DNA of 64,000 bases from Octopus sinensis (lineage: Eukaryota). The notes below the pieces were generated by a model. The model was given only the letters and a program-made list of their open reading frames with translations, had not been told where the DNA came from and did no database searches. Position numbers and translations under genes: made by a program. The stretch lies in NCBI RefSeq assembly GCF_006345805.1, contig NC_043010.1, forward strand, positions 49,724,001-49,788,000, read 5' to 3'. Of this stretch, positions 48,989-62,048 are shown one piece after another (position 1 is the stretch's first letter; every line of letters begins with the position of its first letter).

Positions 48989-50389
48989 CAATAAATGGAA
49001 CAAAAACACATTTAGTACTGCAAGGTTGAGTGTGAAGCTATTTGAGGTTTTGTGGATGGGAAATGAAAAGAGCTACATTGTTAAACAGTTCTTTGTTAAA
49101 GTGACTTTGTTTCCCACAAGAGGTTAAGTTGGTTTATCTAATTTAAATTTATGTTCATCTGCAAGAGTCTGTCTGATTACTTGTACATTGCAAGTAATTT
49201 TATAAGCGTAATCTAATTACAGTTTTATCATACTGTAATGAATATTAATTCACTGATATTCATTAGTTTGAGATGTGTGTTTTGATCAGAAGCCAAGGTG
49301 ACTGTCACTGAAACTGATATGCTTATAAATAAATTTACTTATATAACAATATAACATACTTACTTACTATATAACGTTTTATTCTGTTGAGAAATGTGGA
49401 GCAGGAAGCTACCAAGTACTGCTAAAAAGAAAAACAATGTTTTTAGTTGTTTTCATTTTGTTCTTCAGTTTTGCTTTAGATTTTTTTCCTCCTATTATAG
49501 CTGTTACACCATAAACAAAACTGATTTAATATCATAACAAAAAAGCAAAGTGGATCAATCATGTACAGTACTGTTATCCATATAAATTATGTTTGTCAGT
49601 TTGTCTTAGGAGTGATTTATCAAATCTGTCAACTGCTGGACTTGAGCAGTTCCTACATAATTTTCTATTTTTGTGATGGTAAACATTATTTTCAAACAAT
49701 ATAAGTGACTATTAACTCTCTACACGGAATTTTATTTGTGCCCTTTTTTCTTTTTGTTTTTTTCCTTTTTTTTTTGTTGTTGTTTTTGTTTTTAGTTTGT
49801 TCACCTCAAAAAGCTGCATTGAATTAATTTGCATTCATGTAAGCTCAGATAAAAATAGTTGTTCAAATGTTATCAGTCATGCCAATCTTAGCCAGCCAGT
49901 AGCTTTTGATTTTTTTTCTTTTCTTCTTTTTAACTTTTACTACCTTGTGAAGTTGCACTTAGTCATAGTTTTTCATTGATATCAAGTAAGATAGTGCATT
50001 TCAAGATCAACAGTTATTTTTCTTTTTTTTCTATTTTTTTTTTTCCACATTTTTTTTTATCTCATAAAAACATGGTTTAGAAAAGTCAATATAATGAATA
50101 CGTTCTGCTATATCGTTATTTTCCTATGAAAAAGTTATTTGCCTACCTTATTGTGTGTACAACTCATGGCATAACTTTAGCAACAGTTGTTTTTGTTGTG
50201 GGTTGTGTTTTTTTTAATTTTTGTTTTCTTGGTAGACTAACATAATTTATATAGTAACAACACTTTGCTCCTTTGTTATTATATTAACTCGGCTTTGTTT
50301 ATGGTGTTCAGTCTGTACAGTTTTACATTGCTTTTCACTTATATGGAAGTTATAATCCTTTGTTACACATGCTTTGTCTTTACCTCCAG

Positions 50390-50489
50390 CATATTTGTAT
50401 GTGTTAAAGTGGTTCAAACTGCGACACAGTCAGTTAATAAATCTTCTTGTTATGGGGGGAACAGAGTTGATTGCGTACATTGATCTCAG
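50390..50489 (+). other. Candidate 100-nt exon (phase 1 in, phase 2 out)
   Basis: TTTACCTCCAG acceptor and CAG|GTGAGG donor. The single open frame YLYVLKWFKLRHSQLINLLVMGGTELIAYIDL is phase-compatible with the 44997 exon. Confidence 0.4.
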
Positions 50490-50572
50490 GTGAGGAATAA
50501 TGCTGTCTCACATAACTTAGGTCATACACAGCATTGACTGTAAATGCATGACAAACAAAACTAGAAGCTTAA

Positions 50573-51467
50573 ACCTTTTGATACCAACCTACTTGTGACT
50601 GCCCCAAGTTCTACGACATAAACTTACTGTTTTAACCCTTTTGTTACTGTATTTATTTTGAGATGCTCTGTGTTTCTTTCAATTACTTTAAAATATAACA
50701 AAAAATTTAGTAAAATAACTTAGATATATATATATATGTGTGTGTGCGTGTATGTTTGTGTGTCTGTGTTTGACCCCCTAGCATTACTTGACAACCGATG
50801 CTGGTGTGCTTATGTCCCCGTTACTTAGCGGTTCGGCAAAAGAGACCAATAGAATAAGTACTGGGCTTACAAAGAATAAGTCCCGGGGTTGAGTTGCTCG
50901 ATTAAAGGCAGTGCTCCAGCATGGCTGCAGTCAAATGACTGAAACAAGTAAAAGAGAGTAAAGAGTTATCATTAAGCTAGTGTTAGGAACATAAATTGTG
51001 ACTAAGGTTTGGTGGAAGATTTTAATTCAGAACTTTTGAAAACAAGACATTTGTACCTCAGAGCCAGAGCTGGTTTCAGCCAAGTTGGTAACGGAAGGGT
51101 TAAAGTGGTCTAAGTTATAGTCTTCCATCAAAATTTTATGCTAAATTGTTCCAGACTCCAGCTTAATAATTAGAGTTATTTTACTAAATTCTTCATTACC
51201 TAAAAATTTCATTGTAACAAAGGCAGCATATGTTAACAAAAGGGTTAACCCTTTAGCATTTAAGCCGGCCATTTCCAGCCCTAATATTCTTCTTGCTTTT
51301 ATGTTCAAACTGGCTCTATCCGGCCTCTCACACCTACCCTACAAGGTTATTCCGACATTAAGCAATTACATCATTGAAATCTCAGAACCACAAAATAATG
51401 CCAGATTAATTAGAAACAATATGAATAAATAAGCATTACATTTGACAGTTATCTGAATGCTAAAGGT
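50573..51467. mobile_element. Nest of piggyBac-type MITEs plus SINE fragment
   Basis: Outer MITE 50573-51244, inner MITE 50636-51099 at a TTAA, SINE 3' half 50724-50965, and an adjacent family C MITE 51249-51467 sharing the TTAA. Confidence 0.85.
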
Positions 51468-52774
51468 TTAAAGATATGAATGAACTTCAGCACTGCAGAG
51501 CTCAGAAAGAACTACTTTGAAGTGTCTTTTGTAAGAAATTAATAATGGTTTCTAATTTAGACACAAGGTTAGTAATTTTGAGGAGTGGGTGAGTAATCAA
51601 TGCCAATGACTTCATTATTTGACTGTTACTTATTTTTTTGACTCCAGAGGGGATGAATAGCAAAGTTGACCAAAACAGGATTTGATCTCAAAATGTAAAA
51701 ATCTAGAACAAATTCAAGAATACATTTTTTTTCTCTGGTGCTCTTATGATTTTGTCTGCTTTCTGTCTTTGTAAGAAATTAACAGTATTAGAACATGCTT
51801 GATGTAGTATTTGGCAGTCATCTTTTGTCTGTGTTAAATTAAATAGTTATGTGAGCAAACATGTTAAATAACATGACCTGTCTATCACGAATTGCTAGCA
51901 TAATGTTTTATTTAGTTAGTTAACATTGCACCTTCATTTTACTAGCGAGAAAGTGGGCAGGATAGAGAGTGTGTGTTTATAACATTTGGGTTGAGTGAAA
52001 ATGTATAGGCACTTTATAACACGCAGCCTATATCATTACATTCTTTGACCCATGTAAATAGGTGAACTAAATACGTCTTTCTGATTGTTGAGAAGAGAAA
52101 ATGAAAATGTTAAAAGACTACAAGTTAGCAGCAGATAGCAATCAAAGTAGAATTACACTAAGGAAGATATAAAATATAAAAAAATTGGGTAGTTTGGGCT
52201 GGTTGCATGTAAGGAGTAAAACAAAAACAAAGAAACTAGTTAGAGAAAACAAATCCTGAAGTTCTACTACAACATCGTTGCAAAAATAAATATAAAACAA
52301 ACCATGATGGTGTTGATAATGATGATGATCGTGTTGAGGTTTGAATTATTTGGTAGAGGATAAAGTTATTTTGGTGGCTTTTTTAACCTAAAGGGTTTGC
52401 TATTTTTTTTGTTTTTCTCTTTTCACCTTATTCTCCCAGGTCAGGATTTACACCTGTAACCTCTTGGGGGGTGTTGTAGCAAATGCCAACCTTAAATTAC
52501 AGCTTTCAGATCACTCAGGGATTTTCTAAGATATTTCATGGTAGCATATCTTGCTAATTATCTGATAAAGAATATTCAACTTGGCTGTTTAAGTGAATGA
52601 GGTGAACTTATTTTGCTTTCTGATTTTAGAGAATAACATTTTAGTAACGAAGCTATGCTAACATTGCTGGATAATGTTAGCTTTGAAATTGTAATTCACC
52701 TCTACTTTTGACTTTCACTTGATATCTTTAAACTTAGTTATGTTGAAGTGGTATTTTCTAAATAGCTAATTTAA

Positions 52775-53207
52775 CCCTTTCGTTACCATATTTCTGTTGA
52801 AACACACCGCCTTTGTTTTAATTAATTTTGAAAATAGCGAAGAATTTAGTCAAATAACTTTGTCAAACCGGGTGTTTGGAACATGATTTAACATGAAATT
52901 TTGATGAAAGACTTTTATTAAGATCATTTTAACCTTTTAGCATTCAGATTACTCTGTCAGATGTTATGCTTATTTATTCACACAGTTTTGGATTTATCAT
53001 ACATTATCTTGTAGCTTTGAGATTTCAATGATGTGACTATATTTTTACGACATTGTTAGGTATTGTGGGGAGCCAGATCTGTCTAATTTGAACATAAATA
53101 GAATATTTTGGCCTGATATGGCTGGCTTGAATACTAAAAGGTGAAAACAAGCACTTTATATCACAAAACCAGGGCGGCAGTCTTGGGCAGGTTGGTTATC
53201 AAAAGTG
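52775..53207 (+). mobile_element. piggyBac-type MITE with a family C MITE (52933-53141) nested at TTAA
   Basis: Host termini TTAA|CCCTTTCGTTACC and TATCAAAAGTG|TCAA; insert termini TTAA|CCTTTTAGCATT and ATACTAAAAGG|TGAA. Confidence 0.75.
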
Positions 53208-53651
53208 TCAAACCACTGATTGCAAACTGGTTACTTTAAAATCCATGAATCTGTCAGTCAAATGAGTATATCAGCATCCAAAGTGGTTAAGATGCAAAAT
53301 GATTGATTGATCTAAGTGCTAAAATGACCAATTGATCAAACACTGCCATTACTTGTCAGACCGAATATCAATCAGTCTCTACTTGTGATAGTCAACAACA
53401 TAGCTAAATGTAGCTACCTGCTTTCTTTTTTAGCATTCAATCTAATTTGCAAGTGGGGGCCAGAGGGGGGAGCAACACTATGTGCTCCCTTCTCATATAC
53501 ACCCTGTAACCTGCACATAAAATCAGATGTAAAGAAAAATAAACACTAAATATGTTTGCACATATACATTCAATGAGCCATTTTTACAATTGTTGACTGT
53601 TACAAAATAAATAAATAAAATCCTTAATTAGATAAACCATTGCTTTATTAA

Positions 53652-53871
53652 CCCTTTCATTACAAACCCAGCTGAAACCGGCTCTGGCTCTGAGTACAAA
53701 TGTCTTGTTTTCATAAGTTTTGAATTAAAATCTTCTACCAAACCTTAGTCACAATTTATGTTCCTAAAACTAGCTGAATGATAACTAAGTTATTTTACTA
53801 AATTCTTTGTTATATTTGAAGTCATTTAAAGAAACACAGTGCATCTCAAAATAAATACAGTAACAAAAGGG
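53652..53871 (-). mobile_element. piggyBac-type MITE
   Basis: TTAA at 53648-53651 and 53872-53875. It is the reverse complement of the 50636 element without the SINE. Confidence 0.9.
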
Positions 53872-53887
53872 TTAATATTGTTATTAA

Positions 53888-54750
53888 CTAAGGTGGTGAG
53901 CTGACAGAATCATTAGCATGTCAGCCAAAATGCTAAGTGGTATTTCATCCATCTTTATGTTCTGTGTTCAAATTCTGCTGGAGTTGATTCAATCAACTTA
54001 ACCCCTCCCACTACACTGCTGGCCTCTGGGCCAAAATTTGAAATCAGTATAGTCATCAAGTACTATTATCATTTTCTTTCTAATTTTGGCACAAGAGCAG
54101 CAATTTTGAGGGGAGGTGGGGCAAGTATATTATATCAATCCCCAGTACTTGACTGGTACTTCATTTTACTGTCCCCAAAAGGATAAAAAGCAAAGATGGC
54201 CTCAAGAGGAATTGAACTCAGAATGAATGTAAAGAGCTTTAAGAAATGCTAATGATTCTGCCAGGTCACTGCCTAGTAGTAGTAATAATAATAATAATCC
54301 TTTCTACTATAGACACAAGGCCTGAAATTTGGGGGATGGGTATAATCGATTACATCAACCCCAGTGTTTCACTGGTACTTAATCCATCACCCCCGAAAGG
54401 ATGAAAGGCAAAGTCGACCTCGGCGTAATTTGAACTCAGAACATAGCAGCAGACAAAATACGGCTACACATTTCGCCCGGCGTGCTAATGATTCTGCCAG
54501 CTTGCCGCCTAGTAATAATAATAATTATTATTATTTCAAGTTTTTGCCACATGGGCAGCTTGGTGGGAGGTGGAGATGAGTTGATTACATCAACTCCAGT
54601 GTTCAACTGGTACTTATTTTTATCAACCCCGAAAGGATGAAAGGCAAAGTCAACCTTGGCAGTATTTGAACTCAGAACGTAGCGACAGATGAAGTAGCAC
54701 TAAGCATTTCACCTGGCATGCTAACAATTCTGCCAGCTTGCCGCCTAGTA
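53888..54750. mobile_element. Cluster of four family B SINEs (one +, three tandem -)
   Basis: Copies at about 53888-54055 (+) and about 54070-54272, 54300-54510 and 54535-54746 (-), separated by (AAT/AGT)n. Confidence 0.85.
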
Positions 54751-57516
54751 ATAGTAGTAGTAATAATAATTATAATTTTTGCTTAGAGTACAAAGCATTG
54801 GCATGTTTCAACATAAGAGCTTTATTTGTAACAAATGGTGAGCCTCTTGAATAATAATGATAGCATGTCAAATAATTGTCCAATTGTTTACCAGTTGTAA
54901 AAGAACAAACAGTATTTTGTAGAAGTACATAACATACTACAGAGCATATGAATGAATTAAATCTGTATATTATATTTCTAACCTTGTCTTGCGCTAAAAT
55001 ATATTTTGGGTTATGACTCTTTAAGAGAAAACTAGAAATATACTTCTGTATAGAACTAATTAAAATGGATTTCTGAAGTTCTTAGTGAAGTTTTAAAATT
55101 ATCTCCATTCAGAAACTAAAAATGGCAAACCAACAAGAGATCTTCTATGTCATCTCTTAACCTGCCAGAAGCAGCAGTGTAGTCTCACTCAAATTACATG
55201 CTCATCTCTCAAAAATGGAAGGACATATTGGATGATGTAATCCTAGACATACACTGAATAATAAAAAAATAAAAAAAAGGAAAAAGGTCACAACATGAAC
55301 ACTATTGACCATAGATCAGCAGAATCAAAGCTAACTTGGTACTAAACAACACAAAACTAAGAAAGGAACAGCTTGTAACCACCCAACGAATATACAGTAT
55401 TTATAAGAAAACTTCAAATTCTTTTAATGTCGCTTTTTGTTTCTGTGGGTTAAAAATAAATATACATAAAATGTTAAGGTCTGTCATATTGTCTATGCTA
55501 TATACGCTCCCTTTACAACATTTGTTTTTCCTACAAAAAGAAAACCATTATTCTTTTTGGCACAAAAGTGTCAGATATTGAAGTGCAGTATTATGTTATT
55601 AGTAAATAGAATCTAACTCTCAGAGGGAAGCTCACTTGCTGTAACAATGATTTGAGTGGAGAATCAATACCACGGCTTCATTGTTTCCGTCTCTGTTCCA
55701 AACATTGAAAGAAAAATAAACACCTCAGCTTGAAAAGCCATTTGAAAAATAAACATCAAAGCTTTATAAACAAGTCCTTATCAATTTTACCAATTTTTGA
55801 ACTAACATGAAACTTCTAACTTTCTGATCATATTCAAAAACCACTCTGAATATTGTCGCTGCTTTGAAAGTTAGCCACACAAGAATTTTCATTATCTTAA
55901 CACAATGCTGTCAGTAGCTTTTACCAGTGCAGTGCAGATGATATAAGTGTATGTAAACAGTTTTTAATTACAGCAGCTTGTCTAAGCAGGTTCTGGATTA
56001 CACCAAACAAAAATATTAAACTTTTGTTTACCTTTTTGATACTGAGTAGCCTGAGACAGCCCTAGTTTCTCTGACATAAAGCTGGCCATTTGAGAGTGTT
56101 TATATTTAAATTTAAACCTATAATAATTTTGTGTAATAACTTCTGAAGTTTTGTTTCTAACAGTCTTATTTAAACCTTTTCAAATTCATATTTTCAAAAT
56201 TTATTGAAAAACAAACTGTATTTCATTAGAAGTATGGTCACAAGAATTGATCCGGGTTGTCATAAGTTGAATTTTTATAGTCTCACTACGGCCCCAGCTG
56301 CCCAAGGCCTTGTGAGTGGATTTGGTAGATGGAAACTGAAAGAAGCTCGTGTGTGTATGTTTGTATGTATGTATATCTCCCAGCACTACTTGTTTACATT
56401 CTCATAACTTAGTGGTTCAGCAAAAGAGTTCAATAGAATAAGCAGCAGGCTTTATAAAAATAAGTACTGGGGCTGATTCATTTGACTGAAATTTTTCAAG
56501 GTGGTGCCCCAGCATGGCCACAGTCCAGTGACTGAAATAAGTAATTGATGAAAAGATAAAAATATATGTAGTCAATTACTCGCATCTACTCAGACTCTTT
56601 CATTGGTTCACACATACACGAATATAATTCCAGGTGATGATGTCTTACAAGTTAGTAAATTCAATAAAGGTAAACATGTTTACTCTGGCTTTGAAAGGAT
56701 AGTTTAGCTGCAGGCCTTAGATAAGGAGAAAATATAGAAAAATGCTGATATTTTTGAGTGTTTGAAATCTCATAGATAGGGCAAATTCGTTAATTTTCAT
56801 ATGCACATATGTCTGCATATACGTGTGTGAGTGCATACACCCACACACACATGTACAGATACAGTGATATGTCTGTACATCTACTTCAATAAACTTGCCT
56901 CAGGGAGAACAGACAGTAGTAATATTGATGGTGATTATGATGGATGTCAGTAATAGTAGTAAACTGTTTCTTGAAAACATTTTTTTTTTTCTGTGCTCAC
57001 TCAATTAGATTAATTACACTGTATAGTAGTTAGATTTGTGGCATCTTCCAATCAAGCCCTCCCTACCTCTGTAATATAAATTACTTATTTCATCATCATT
57101 TGCTCACTCTTAATGCCAAACCTGCATGTATTTGTTTATATATATGAAGTGGAAGATTAAGCTTTTGCCTTTATTTTCTTTTTAAATACAGGATATAACA
57201 ACATAATCATGGAGTCGATATTATTAGTGCAGTAGTTTGTAAGCTGATGAGGATGCCCTTACAGCATTTAGGTCAATACTCGTGTGTTAAAACTCATGTT
57301 GGTGGTAGTCATTTTGTCTTCCAAAATTTAAAAAAAAAACTTTTTAGAAAGCGGAAATCAATCAATAACTCCCTGAAAACATTGAAGAAAATATTTAATC
57401 AAAGAAATATATTTTACGATTTGATTTTAAATTTATCCTCTTCTGCTTGTTTTTATATGGGAAGTGAAATTGTCATACTGTCTGTAGTTGGGTTTTCATA
57501 GTTATCACATCTTCAA

Positions 57517-57730
57517 CCCCTTTATTACCATCCTGTCTGAAACTGTCCCACATTCTATGACATAAACTTACTGTTTCAAAGTAATCTTCCATCAAAATTT
57601 TATACTAAATTCTTCCAGGCTCCAGCTTAATAATGAGAAAGTTTTTTTTTTTTTACTAAATACTCAATAATTTAAAAAATTAATTGAAAGAAAGGCAGCA
57701 TATGTTGACAGAAATATAGTAACAAAAGTG
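57517..57730 (-). mobile_element. piggyBac-type MITE (uninterrupted homologue of the 50573 outer element)
   Basis: Shares GACATAAACTTACTGTT...TCTTCCATCAAAATTTTAT...CCAGCTTAATAAT with 50573-51244. Confidence 0.8.
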
Positions 57731-59805
57731 TTAAATCCGTTTGTCAGAGACTGGTTTGTATGCAGGTCATAAGCAGGAGTTTACATTCAGGCCTGTACTG
57801 ATGTTGTAATATGTTCATGACCATGGCAACCATGCTTTTTTTCTGTTCTATGAGACTGAGACAGTTACCTAGACTAGAGAATTTGTTGCTAATGTACTAA
57901 AACTATTTATAGTTAAGTATCAAATTAACTATAATAGACTAAATTACTGTATAGATTATAGCTGCCTTTTAAACCTGTCAAACTGAGTACATAGTTATTG
58001 AAATATATTTAAATGTTGGTATAAAGCTTGACTGTAGATGCAAATTTGGCTGTCCACTATTGTGCTAGCCCCTAATTTATAATTGCTTTATATAGCAACT
58101 GAAGATTTGGTGCTGTTGATTGGGGAAAGAAACCTGGTGTGTCTTCACTGAGGAGTCATCAGTACATCATGAAACAGTATATCTAGAGACTCCCCGCTTT
58201 TTTCTGCACATAAAATTTTGTAGAAGGAATGTGTTTACATACTTCTTACTTCGCCACTACTAGGATTTGTAATATTTGAATTCATTTCAGTTCTTCTTAT
58301 TCATATTACTTTGTACATAAAATATAGTTATTGTCTTTGTCATGGTTATCATTAGAATTATCTTTACAATTTCAGAGTGAAAGATAAGTTAATCAATGGT
58401 ACAGTGCTCTTTAAATGTCCTTAAGAAAAGAAAGCTGTTTTCAATTTTGTTCCGTTCAATTTTTAAAATATTACAAAAGCTTCAACAGTAGCAAATGTTA
58501 CAAACATTGTATTGGAATAATGGATGTCTAAATAAAACCTACATGTTTATGTAGCAATTGTGGTATTGTATTTTTTATGATTGAATTCCTTTAATAAAAA
58601 GAATTAGTTTAAAGTTCTTAACTGTGAAGCCGTTCTGTTAATTGGCAACTACGTAAAACTGTTAATCTAATTTGGAATTCATTCTGTGTTCATTAAATCT
58701 TAGATAAAGTTTTCCAAAGGATGTGTTGATACGTTGTCAGCGTGATGCATACATGCTGTGCATTTTAAAGCTTTGAAATTCGAAGCCAAAATGTAGTTTC
58801 ACATAAGTTATTTATTGTAATTTAAAACGAGCATCTATACATTTGTTTCAAAGTGTCCATGTTGAGAATTTGTGATTCTTAATTGTAGCGTTATGCAACA
58901 CCATTATTTTAAGATTGGATGGGTTAAACAATATTGTAGGATCTTATCTTTTGCAATCCTACATTCTAAATTCAAAATACATTATACTTTTTCAACCTAT
59001 TAATCTCATCTTTAGAGATGAAACTTTTTTTTAATACAAATTTACATCAACACTGTATTTCATTTGGTTCCATCTCTGGTCATCAGTAGGTGTCTCATTC
59101 CTAAATATCAATGAGAGCAATTTGATAAAAAAAAAAGAATAAAAAAAACAACTGTGTATGTTGATGTAAAGCTTTAAAAAGTGTTCCATCTTTAGAAACA
59201 AGGTTAATAATCTTAAAGTTCTGTTTACATCTGTTGGAGCCCTTAATTTCACATCGTAGTTCTTCTTTTGTGACTCATGTTTTCCCCGCCATCAAGTTCA
59301 TATCCACTCAGCAATACTCACTTCATTCATTTCCTATCTACTGTTAACTCATAGCCACACTTGGACAGAATGAAGATGTTGTTTAGGTCCAAGTCAGCTC
59401 TGACTGAAGAGTCCTAAGACTGTCTTACAATTTTCTTTAGCATTGCATATCTAGGTCTACATTATCCAACAGGCTTTTCTTTTTCAAGATGTTAGGGGGC
59501 ATTTTGAGAGAGATTTGGCTCTTTCTAAGTTGGCCAAGCAATCTCATAAACACTCTTTCGATAAATGATATTTGAGCTAGCAGCATAACACATGCATTTA
59601 AAAGTAAAAATAATACTGAGCCTATTATGAAATGGTTAGCACACTTACCAGTTCAACAACAAGCACATAGTCTAATTCATTTGAAGAAAGATCTTACTTG
59701 TTTGATAGACAAAGGCCAGCTGTGATTTAGTAAATATATGGTCAAAAGTGTGGCCATCTCCTGTTTTATATAGACATAGTGTATGAAAGACTTCATTGTC
59801 TAATG

Positions 59806-60135
59806 CAGTGGTTTTCAACTGGGGTCCATATGGCTCCCTGAGAGTCTATATAAGATTTTGGGAGGCCTACACAACAAAATAGTAAATCAGAGATCTACAA
59901 TTTTTTAAGGGCCCCTGAAAAAATTTTGCTTTAGATGTATGTATTGCAAGAAACAGCTAGGTTTCTTTCTCTAACATTTTACATAATTCAACCTACACAA
60001 GTTAATGTTTGAAAAACAATATAGGAATTTTGAATGAAGTTTCTATAAAACTAGTTTTTAAACATTGAAGGTCTATCAGAATAAAATAGTAATCAAATGG
60101 GTCCATAGATAAAAAGAGATGGTTGAGAATCCCTG
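59806..60135. mobile_element. hAT (Charlie-like) MITE
   Basis: TIRs CAGTGGTTTTCAAC / GTTGAGAATCCCTG; perfect 8-bp TSD GTCTAATG at 59798-59805 and 60136-60143. Confidence 0.9.
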
Positions 60136-60845
60136 GTCTAATGTATCCTTCCTGCTTTTTAAAATGGTAGGGAGACCAGACTGATTTTTGTAGAAAACCA
60201 GACAGCTAAGTAATAGCACCCTCATTGGCTCATGTATATTGTGTGTGGTCTGAGAATAAAATTTTAAACAATTGAGGTGACGCTTCAGTTTATTTTTTCC
60301 AGTTTGTTTACAAAATTTTTATCAATCTGTTTACTAAGTTAGACTAAACTCTGACCTTTTAGAAATTGCTGGATACAAAGAAATAAAGTAGTAGTAGAGA
60401 GCTACAATGGAACATAGTACCGAAGGTCACTGGCAGATTTACAAGTCAAAACAAGATGACAGACATTTCCAGATGTTAGTGAAAACTAACATTTGGTAGA
60501 TTATACACGCACACACACACACACACACTCACCATCATCATCATTCGTGTCAATTAACATGTGTCTTTCATGGGTTGGACAGTTTGACAGGAACTGGTAA
60601 GCCAGAGGACTGCATTGAGCTCCACTGTCAGCTTTGGCATGGTTTCTATGACTAGATGCCCTTCCTAATGCCACCCACTTTACAGAGTGTATTGGGTGCT
60701 CTCTTTACATGGTATTAGCACTTGCATGACAAAGATTTCTCAACAGAGTAGGGAAGTGGCTTTGTGTCATGTGATGAGAGGTTAGAGTATGACAGAGGAA
60801 CAGAAACAGGCTGTTCATGTAAACCAATATTTTCTCATAGACTAA

Positions 60846-61230
60846 AGGCAGTGAGGTGGCAGAAACATTAGCATGCCAGACGAAATGCTTAGCAGTTTTT
60901 CGTCTGCTGCTACGTTCTGAGTTCAAATCCTGCCAAGGTCAACTTTGCCTTTCATCTTTTCGGGGTCGGTTATATAAGTACCAGTTATGCATTGGGGCCG
61001 ATTTAATCGACTTAATCCCTTTTTCTGTCCTTGTTTGTCCCCTCTATGTTTAGCCCCTTGTGGGCAATGAAGAAATAAGAATCATTAGCATGCTTGGAAA
61101 ATTGCTTAGCGACATTTCATCTGTCTTCGTATTCTGAGTTCAAATTCTGCCAATTCTGCCTTTCATCCTTTTCAGGTCATTAAAATATGTACTGGGGTTG
61201 ACTTATCCCTTTCCCAAAATTTGAAATCAA
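60846..61230 (+). mobile_element. Two family B SINEs in tandem
   Basis: A full copy ending AAGAAATAAG, followed directly by a second decayed copy. Confidence 0.85.
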
Positions 61231-61915
61231 TATTTTCTCATACCCTGCCCTACTGGAAATAAGGGTCATACAGCATCATATTGATTTATTTTGCCCACCA
61301 TATCTCATGACTAATGTTGGTAAATCAGTAACTGATTCAGAACAGTGAATTAGGAAAATCAGTTGAGCTTCAGACAAAATACCTGGTGGTATTTAGTTAT
61401 GCCCCTTTGCAGTTGGAATCCAAATTTTCTCCAGGTCACTTAAATAAGTACAAGTCTAAAAGTACTGACAAGGCAATGTAAATTACTTAAATTCTCGAAG
61501 GTGGTGTCCTGGTAAAAGGTCCAGTGACTGAGATGATTAACAGGAAAAAAATCCTGTAGACCAGCTTTCCTATTGGGTTACCAAAAGCTTTTGTGTCAAA
61601 GTTTATCTAAAAATAATGATTTTTTTTCTTTATCTTCTCACAAGATATCATTTGGTTTTGTTTAGTTTCAGATGATATCGGATTTCAGTATCATATTCAA
61701 ATCAATTATATCTGGCTTGTAACAATAACATGTTCTAATTGCATAAGTAGAAGATATATGTGGCTTTTGATTGTGTAAAAGGAGAAATACTGATATATAT
61801 GTGTGTATATATATATATATATAAAATATTATTAGAGACAAAACCACTATTTTGCAAAACAACAAGGAAAGACTTAATCAATACATAAAATTTTAATAAA
61901 TAGTCAAAAAAACCG

Positions 61916-61958
61916 CCACTACAATTGTTTCTTGTCTTGATCGACAATCTTCAGGTGG
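61916..61958 (-). ncRNA. Minimal type I hammerhead ribozyme, mirror copy
   Basis: Exact reverse complement of 62006-62048. Confidence 0.8.
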
Positions 61959-62005
61959 ACTTCCAATAAGTCAGTTTCAATAATTGAAACTGACTTATTG
62001 GAAGT

Positions 62006-62048
62006 CCACCTGAAGATTGTCGATCAAGACAAGAAACAATTGTAGTGG
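62006..62048 (+). ncRNA. Minimal type I hammerhead ribozyme, intact core
   Basis: CCAC-CTGAAGA-TTGTC-gatcaa-GACAA-GAAAC-aatt-GTA^-GTGG, with stems I and II, palindromic stem III (ACAATTGT) and a GUA cleavage triplet. Confidence 0.8.

Noticed and set aside
52440-52601. Strong acceptor followed by a 53-codon open frame
   Set aside because: The open frame ends in a stop before the best donor and is phase-incompatible with upstream candidates. It is possibly a UTR or terminal exon but unsupported.
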